Below are positions 58,223 to 64,000 of a DNA stretch of 64,000 nucleotides, one piece after another. A model generated the notes under the pieces. The model had not been told where the DNA came from and did not search any database. It saw nothing but the letters and a program-made list of their open reading frames with translations. The DNA lies in assembly GCA_036229005.1 (NCBI GenBank), contig JAZAMN010000039.1, forward strand, positions 9,528 to 73,527, given 5' to 3'. The translations under genes and the position numbers were made by a program. How positions within the stretch are numbered: the first letter of the stretch is position 1; each line of letters begins with the position of its first letter. The stretch comes from Myxococcota bacterium. Lineage in GTDB: Bacteria > Myxococcota_A > UBA796 > CAJQPC01.

Positions 58223-58308
58223 GGTGCACTCGGCAGGGGTTGAGCGGCGGGCCGGTGCACTCAGCCGGGGTTGAGCGGCGGGCCGGTGCACTCAGCCGGG
58301 GTTGAGCG
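58223..58308 (-). repeat. Tandem array B: about three 31-bp units, diverged inverted copy of array A
   Basis: Unit GGTGCACTCAGCCGGGGTTGAGCGGCGGGCC at 58223, 58254, 58285; resembles the reverse complement of unit A (GGTGCATTCACCCCGGGTTGCG). Confidence 0.9.
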
Positions 58309-58324
58309 CAGATCGCCCGCAGGC

Positions 58325-59479
58325 TCAGCGTGCGATCTTGCGGGTCAGATCCTTGGTGATGTTCTTCTGGTGGGACTCCAGGGTCCCGCCGCCGATCTCC
58401 AGGAGCTTGGCGTCGCGCAGCAGGCGCTCGATGGGGTACTCGCGGCAGTAGCCCTGGCCGCCCATGACCTGCATGGCGTTGTCCGCGACCTCCTTGCCGA
58501 CGGGCGCGGCGAAGAGCTTGGCGGCGTCGGAGCCCAGGCGGTTCTCGATGTTGGGGCCCACGTTCATCGCGACGCTGTAGACCAGGGCGCGGGTGGCCTC
58601 GGTCTTGGCGTAGGAGTCGCCGATGTAGCGCTGGATCTGGCCGAAGCGGTTGATGGGCTGGCCGAAGGCGAGGCGCTCCTGGCCGTGCTGCACCATCATC
58701 TCCAGGCAGCGGTCGGCGATGCCCAGGGACATGGCGGCCAGGGTCAGGCGCTCGATCTCCAGGTTGCGCATCATGTGGAGCAGACCGCCGCCCTCCTGGC
58801 CGAGCAGGTCGGCGTCGGGGACGAAGCAGTCGTCGAAGCTCAGCTCGGACATGGAGCTGGCGCGCATGCCCATCTTGGGGATGTGCTGGCTGCTGGAGTA
58901 GCCGTCGGCCTTGGCGTGGACCAAAAACGCGGTGATCTTGCCGTCGAGCTTGGCGTAGACCAGCACCACGTCGGCTTCGGGGCCGTTGGTGATGTAGGTC
59001 TTGGAGCCCTTGAGGCGGTAGCCACCCTCGACGCGGGTGGCGGTGGTGCCCATCCCGAGCACGTCGGTGCCGGCGCCGGGCTCGGTCATGGCCATCGCGC
59101 CGATCCACTCGCCGCTGATGACCTTGGCGAGCACCCGGTCCTTCTGGTCCTGGTTGGAGCAGTAGAAGAAGTTGTTCACGAAGAGCATCGAGTGCGCCAG
59201 GTAGGCCAGCGCAAACCCGGGATCCGACTTGGAGAGCTCGTGATGGACGATGACCGCCGCGGTGGTGTCCATGCCCGCGCCGCCGTGTTCTTCGGGGACG
59301 GTGATGCCCAGCAGACCGAGCTCGCCGGCCTCCCGCAGCAGGGGGATGTTGAGCTTCTCCAGGCGATCGTGCTCCTCGGCCTGGGGTTCCACCCGCTGGC
59401 GGGTGAAGTCCGCGACCATGTCACGGAGCATCCGGTGCTCGTCGGTGGGGTTGTACAGGTCGAAGGGCGGGTTGGGCAT
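58325..59479 (-). CDS. Acyl-CoA dehydrogenase (isovaleryl-CoA dehydrogenase-like)
   Basis: AMTEPGAGTD, GSKTYITNGP, KMGMRAS, AFGQPI, RDAKLLEIGGGT. Confidence 0.93.
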   Translation of the reverse strand: MPNPPFDLYNPTDEHRMLRDMVADFTRQRVEPQAEEHDRLEKLNIPLLREAGELGLLGITVPEEHGGAGMDTTAAVIVHHELSKSDPGFALAYLAHSMLFVNNFFYCSNQDQKDRVLAKVISGEWIGAMAMTEPGAGTDVLGMGTTATRVEGGYRLKGSKTYITNGPEADVVLVYAKLDGKITAFLVHAKADGYSSSQHIPKMGMRASSMSELSFDDCFVPDADLLGQEGGGLLHMMRNLEIERLTLAAMSLGIADRCLEMMVQHGQERLAFGQPINRFGQIQRYIGDSYAKTEATRALVYSVAMNVGPNIENRLGSDAAKLFAAPVGKEVADNAMQVMGGQGYCREYPIERLLRDAKLLEIGGGTLESHQKNITKDLTRKIAR

Positions 59480-59596
59480 GCGGACCTCGGCTGGGTTAGG
59501 TGGCCTAACACCTGGCCAGGGCTACGCCCCCGTAGCCGCGCCGGGCTTGACCGACTGGGGGGCCGGCGTCCGGTCCAGGGAGCCTGAGCGATGGGG

Positions 59597-60100
59597 ATGA
59601 AGCTGCAGAAGGGGCCCTGGCCGGTGGAGCAGGACCCTGACCTGGAGCCGGTCGGGCTGGGTTTGACCTGGCTTCGCGGGCGGCAGTTCGTCTTCTTGTC
59701 GCTCTTCTTCTCCTTCCTGCTGTCGGTGCTGATGCTGGAGCTCCTCCCGCGCAGCGTCTACCTGCAGGTCCAGGGCCAGATGGGCCTGTTGATCCTGGCC
59801 TTGCTGCCGGTGGCTGCGATGCTGACCTTCGTCACGCAGCTCCTGCTGATGCGCGCCGGAGTGTCCTCGCTTGAGCGGCCGATGCTGCTGACCGCTGATG
59901 GACAGCGTGCGGGGCTCTGGGGTGTGGTCGAGCGCGCTGCAGTGGCCACCGTCTGCCTCTTCTTCCCGCCTCTGCTGCTGCTGCGTCCCCAGGGGAGGTG
60001 GCTGTGGGATGCGGTGTCCGAGACACGGCTGGTCCACCGCTGTCGGATCCGGGATGATGAGCTCGATGCGGCGATCGCAGGCATCGACGAGGACATCTGA
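59597..60100 (+). CDS. Membrane protein, degenerate RDD-like
   Basis: Three TMs and WLWDAVSETRLV, resembling the RDD C-terminal motif; adjacent to an RDD gene. Confidence 0.5.
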   Translation: MKLQKGPWPVEQDPDLEPVGLGLTWLRGRQFVFLSLFFSFLLSVLMLELLPRSVYLQVQGQMGLLILALLPVAAMLTFVTQLLLMRAGVSSLERPMLLTADGQRAGLWGVVERAAVATVCLFFPPLLLLRPQGRWLWDAVSETRLVHRCRIRDDELDAAIAGIDEDI

Positions 60101-60103
60101 CCC

Positions 60104-60601
60104 ATGAGCCAGAACCCTTACGCAGCGCCGGTCAGCGCGGCCCTGGAGCCGGAGAGCGCCCAGGACATCTCCACGATCCCGGCCCCCGCGGCGTGGCGGC
60201 GTTGGGTCGCGGCGCTGATCGACCGGATCCTGGTCGGCATCCTCCAGGTGGTGCCGCTGGGGATCGCGATCAACCTGTTCGGGGATGAGGCCTGGGTGGG
60301 GCTCGTCAACCTGCTGACCATGTTCGGGGTGCCCTGGGTCTACTACGCGGTCCTGGAGTCCAGCGGCCTGCAGGCCACCTTTGGCAAGCTCGCGGTGGGG
60401 CTTCGGGTGGTGGACGTTCACGGGGAGCGGATCACCTTGGGGCAGGGCATCACCCGGGGCGCGATGCGCAGCCTGCTCCTGAACATCCTGGCCCTGCTGG
60501 CCCTGGTCATCCTCCTGGACAAGCAGGGCCGCGGGCTCTGGGACATGCTCGCCAAGACCCGGGTGGTGGAGCGGAAGGTGCTGGAGTGGCTGGAGGTGTG
60601 A
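60104..60601 (+). CDS. RDD family protein
   Basis: NPYAAP, RRWVAALID, ATFGK..GLRVVD, GLWDMLAKTRVV. Confidence 0.9.
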   Translation: MSQNPYAAPVSAALEPESAQDISTIPAPAAWRRWVAALIDRILVGILQVVPLGIAINLFGDEAWVGLVNLLTMFGVPWVYYAVLESSGLQATFGKLAVGLRVVDVHGERITLGQGITRGAMRSLLLNILALLALVILLDKQGRGLWDMLAKTRVVERKVLEWLEV

Positions 60602-60697
60602 GGGGAACGGCGTGAAATGCTGCGAAATTTAGCTTTGTTCGGTAGTTGTTACGGGGACCTTGTCAGGAAAGCGCAATCCAAAAGAACGAGGGGGCCC

Positions 60698-61243
60698 ATG
60701 CGTACCCGACTGATTTCCACCGCTACCCTTTTTGCCTTCATGAGCCTTGCTTGTACTGGAGGTGGAGCTGGCGGGAATGGCAGCGGAAATGGCGGTAGCG
60801 GGCTTGGGGTGGCGCCGGAGTGCACCGAGCATCTGGACTGCGAATGGAACGAGATCTGCCACGCCGATGAGTGTGAGGAGATTTTTGGACGTAGCTTCGG
60901 AATCGTGATCGAGTCTGCGGAAACCGAGACCGATGCAGGGCTCGACTCTTTGGGGGGAGCCCCCGACCTGTTCGTTGTCGTTGAGGCCAACGGAGATCGC
61001 TGTCGGACGTCAGTTGTTGATGATGACTTCTTCCCTGAGTGGGATGAGGTCTGCGACATGGTGCTCTCGTCGGGAGGGGATTTGATCATCGAGCTCTATG
61101 ACGAGGATGTCAGCACGGATGAGCTTGTGCTCGTGTTTGAGGCGCAAGGGAATGATGAAATCGCTGAGCTGGTTCAAACCGAGTACTTGGTGTTTTCCAA
61201 CAGCATTTCGACTGTGAACATTCAAATACGGCCTGATTTCTAG
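60698..61243 (+). CDS. Lipoprotein with Cys-rich segment and C2 domain (low GC)
   Basis: SLAC lipobox, Gly linker, C-x5-C-x5-C-x4-C, PDLFVVV..RTSVVDD...PEW.E...IELYDED. Confidence 0.72.
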   Translation: MRTRLISTATLFAFMSLACTGGGAGGNGSGNGGSGLGVAPECTEHLDCEWNEICHADECEEIFGRSFGIVIESAETETDAGLDSLGGAPDLFVVVEANGDRCRTSVVDDDFFPEWDEVCDMVLSSGGDLIIELYDEDVSTDELVLVFEAQGNDEIAELVQTEYLVFSNSISTVNIQIRPDF

Positions 61244-61302
61244 GGCTTCGGTTCTGAGTGCGGGGTCGGTTAGGGGTGGTCTCCAATCCAAGGTCCCGTC
61301 CC

Positions 61303-63963
61303 GTGCCCGAGAAGCTCTACCTGATCGACGGAAGCAACCACGCCTTCCGCGTCTTCCACGCCATGCCCCGCAACATGTTCGCCGACGGCTTCCCGACCGG
61401 GGCGCTGCTGGGCTTCGCCAACATGCTGCGCAAGCTGGAGCGCGACCACGAGCCGTCCAGCATCGTGGTGGTGTTCGACAAGGGCCCCAGCTTCCGCGTG
61501 GACCTGTACCCGGACTACAAGGGCCACCGGCCGTCGATGCCGGACGAGCTGCGCGAGCAGTGGCCCCACTTCCAGGAGCTGGTCGAGGCCTGGGGCTGCC
61601 CCTACCTGGCGATCGAGGGCATCGAGGCCGACGACATCATGGGCACCCTGGCGACCCGCCTGGCCAGCGATGAGCGAGAGGTCGTGCTGGTCACCGGCGA
61701 CAAGGACTTCTACCAGCTCGTTGGGCCCAACGTGCGCGTCTACGACGTGATGAAGGACAAGTGGATCGACCGCGCCGAGGTCATCGAGCGCATGGGCGTG
61801 CCGCCGGAGCGCATCATCGATCTCAAGGGCCTGGCCGGCGACTCCAGCGACAACATCCCGGGCGTGCCTGGGGTGGGGGAGAAGACCGCCGCCAAGTACC
61901 TGCAGAAGTACGGCACCATCGAGGAGGTCATCGCGAACGCCAAGGACATCGGCGGCAAGCGCGGGGCCGCGGTCGAGGAGTTCGCCGAGCAAGCGCGGTT
62001 GAGCGCGAAGCTGGCCACGATCCTGCTGGACGCGGAGCAGGTGACCCTCGGGGTGGACGACCTGCAGCGCCACGAGCGCGACGTGAAGACGCTGCGCCAG
62101 CTCTTCATGAAGTGGCAGTTCCGCACGCACCTCAAGGAGCTGCAGGAGGTCGAGGTCGCCGCGCAGTCCGAGATCAACGCGGAGGCCTGGACCAGCGTGT
62201 CCTCGCTGGCGGAGCTGGGTGTCGTGGTGTCCGCGATTCAGGAGGCCGGGGAGGTGAGCACCCCGGTGTCGCTGGACCTGCAGTTCACCTCCGCTGACCT
62301 GAACACCTGCGAGATCCAGGCAGCGGGCCTGTCCTGGGGCGAGGACAAGGCGGCGTGGGTTCAGGGCATCCCCAGCGCCGAGCTCCTCGACGCGCTGCGG
62401 GGCGTGCTGGAGGACGCGCGCATCCCCAAGACGGGGCACAACCTCAAGGACGCGGTGCGCGTGCTGGCGCGGCTGGGGGTGACGCTGCGGGGCATCGCGG
62501 GCGACACGATGCTGGCGGACTACCTGCTGGAGCCGGGCCGCAACAAGCACGGGCTGGAGGACCTGTCCCTGCGCTATCTGGGGCACACCTTGGGGTCCGC
62601 TGCGCGTCCCCCGGAGGCTGGCGAGTCACAGGGGGAGCTGTTCGGTGGCGCAAGCGAGGACACCTCGGCCAAGGCGGAGTCGGCGCAGCTTAGCTGGCTG
62701 TTGGACCGGGACCTGGCGCGCCGGATGGAGGAGCGCTGTGTGGCCGGGATGCTGCACGACATCGAGCTCCCTCTTGTGCCCATCCTGGCGGAGATGGAGG
62801 CGCTGGGGGTGCGCGTGGACGTGGACGTGCTGCGGTCCATGAGCGCGGAGTACAGCGAGCGGGCCAAGGTGGTTGAGCAGCAGGCCTACGACGCCGTGGG
62901 GCACAGCTTCAACCTGGGGTCGACCAAGGACCTGCGCCAGGTGCTGTTCGAGGAGCTGGACCTTCCGGTCATCAAGAAGACGCCCAAGGGCGCGCCGAGC
63001 ACGGACCACAGCGTGCTGGAGCAGCTCGCGGGGGACCATGAGCTGCCGCGGCTGATCGTCGAGCACCGCTCGCTGGTGAAGCTGCAGAACACCTACCTGG
63101 ACGCGCTGCCGCTGGCGGTGCATGCCGACACGGGGCGGATCCACACGACCCTGCATCAGGAGGTCGCGGAGACCGGGCGTCTGAGCTCGGCCAACCCGAA
63201 CCTGCAGAACATCCCCATCCGGAGCGCGGAAGGGCGCCGCATCCGCGCCGCCTTCATCCCGGCCGATGGGTACAGCTTCCTGAGCTGCGACTACTCGCAG
63301 GTGGAGCTGCGGCTGCTGGCGCACTTTGCGGGGCCTGGGGCGCTGCGGGATGCCTTCGGCAAGGGCCAGGACATCCACGCGCGCACGGCGAGCGAGATCT
63401 TTGGGGTCGAGCTGGACGCGGTGGAGAAGGACCAGCGCAGCGCGGCGAAGGCCATCAACTTTGGCCTGATCTACGGCATGGCGCCGCCCCGCCTGGCGCG
63501 GGAGTTGGGCATCGAGCGCAAGGAGGCCGAGGCCTACATCGAGCGCTACTTCGAGCGCATGCCCGAGGTGCTGGCGTTCAAGGATGGGGCCATCGAGTCG
63601 GCCAAGGAGCTGGGCTACGCGCGGACCCTGTGGGGGCGGCGGCGCACCTTGTCTGAGCTGGGCTCCCGGAACTGGGGCGCGCGGGCCGCGGCGGAGCGCC
63701 TGGCGGTGAACACGCCGATCCAGGGCTCGGCGGCGGACCTGATCAAGCTGGCGATGGTGGCCGTCCACAAGCGCCTACAGCGCGACGCCCCGGAGGTGCG
63801 CATGCTGCTGCAGATCCACGATGAGCTGCTCTTTGAGGTGCCCATTGGGCAGGAGGAGCAGGTCGCCGCCCTGGTGCGTGAGGAGATGGAGGGCGCCGCG
63901 CCGCTGGCGGTGCCCCTGCACGTCGACGCCGGCTGGGGTGCGGATTGGAATGCGGCGCACTGA
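61303..63963 (+). CDS. polA: DNA polymerase I
   Basis: LYLIDG, YKGHR, EADD, GDSSDNIPGV; ETGRLSS.NPNLQNIP, DYSQVELR, KAINFGLIYG, QIHDEL. Confidence 0.98.
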   Translation: MPEKLYLIDGSNHAFRVFHAMPRNMFADGFPTGALLGFANMLRKLERDHEPSSIVVVFDKGPSFRVDLYPDYKGHRPSMPDELREQWPHFQELVEAWGCPYLAIEGIEADDIMGTLATRLASDEREVVLVTGDKDFYQLVGPNVRVYDVMKDKWIDRAEVIERMGVPPERIIDLKGLAGDSSDNIPGVPGVGEKTAAKYLQKYGTIEEVIANAKDIGGKRGAAVEEFAEQARLSAKLATILLDAEQVTLGVDDLQRHERDVKTLRQLFMKWQFRTHLKELQEVEVAAQSEINAEAWTSVSSLAELGVVVSAIQEAGEVSTPVSLDLQFTSADLNTCEIQAAGLSWGEDKAAWVQGIPSAELLDALRGVLEDARIPKTGHNLKDAVRVLARLGVTLRGIAGDTMLADYLLEPGRNKHGLEDLSLRYLGHTLGSAARPPEAGESQGELFGGASEDTSAKAESAQLSWLLDRDLARRMEERCVAGMLHDIELPLVPILAEMEALGVRVDVDVLRSMSAEYSERAKVVEQQAYDAVGHSFNLGSTKDLRQVLFEELDLPVIKKTPKGAPSTDHSVLEQLAGDHELPRLIVEHRSLVKLQNTYLDALPLAVHADTGRIHTTLHQEVAETGRLSSANPNLQNIPIRSAEGRRIRAAFIPADGYSFLSCDYSQVELRLLAHFAGPGALRDAFGKGQDIHARTASEIFGVELDAVEKDQRSAAKAINFGLIYGMAPPRLARELGIERKEAEAYIERYFERMPEVLAFKDGAIESAKELGYARTLWGRRRTLSELGSRNWGARAAAERLAVNTPIQGSAADLIKLAMVAVHKRLQRDAPEVRMLLQIHDELLFEVPIGQEEQVAALVREEMEGAAPLAVPLHVDAGWGADWNAAH

Positions 63964-63991
63964 GTTTGCGGAGCAAACTCAGTGTTGTTTT
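63961..63991 (+). terminator. Probable intrinsic terminator after polA
   Basis: TGAGTTTGC-GGA-GCAAACTCA hairpin followed by GTGTTGTTTT. Confidence 0.65.
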
Positions 63992-64000
63992 GTGGGGGCG

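Noticed and set aside
56956..58260. 434-aa minus-strand ORF with repeated FTPGCAAKWCIHPG
   Set aside because: It is a translation of the 31-bp repeats plus the antisense of hemD; the repeat period is not a multiple of 3
58034..58308. CRISPR array
   Set aside because: The units are directly tandem with no unique spacers, and there are no cas genes in the window
1..64000. tRNA, rRNA, IS elements, prophage
   Set aside because: No such signatures seen by eye and intergenic spaces are very short; a covariance-model scan was not run

Overview
Very GC-rich (about 70% by eye), gene-dense bacterial chromosome segment. The gene content looks Myxococcota/deltaproteobacterial: AgmX/PglI-like protein, MshEN/DUF4388 protein, CPBP protease, ccsA-hemA-hemC-hemD. 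About 56 genes can be supported, and no rRNA, tRNA, CRISPR array or transposase was seen. The main hidden feature is a selenoprotein gene that the ORF track splits (40650-42125). It has an in-frame TGA in a C-G-U motif followed by an fdhF-like SECIS hairpin, and encodes a lipoprotein with a degenerate UshA-like domain fused to a tetraheme cytochrome c. It is the last gene of a GldA/F/G-like ABC transporter operon. Other notable items are: a copper island (sigma54-driven cusCBA plus an NtrC-type two-component system, divergent from a pentaheme cytochrome plus multicopper oxidase) whose CusA carries an inserted EF-hand pair; an SQR / DUF1641-TusE fusion / DsrE sulfur module; two inverted 31-bp tandem arrays between convergent genes; very short, uncharged lipoprotein signal peptides; a large PKD/LamG surface protein operon; and a low-GC C2-domain lipoprotein gene. 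All assignments come from reading motifs by eye; no database searches were run.
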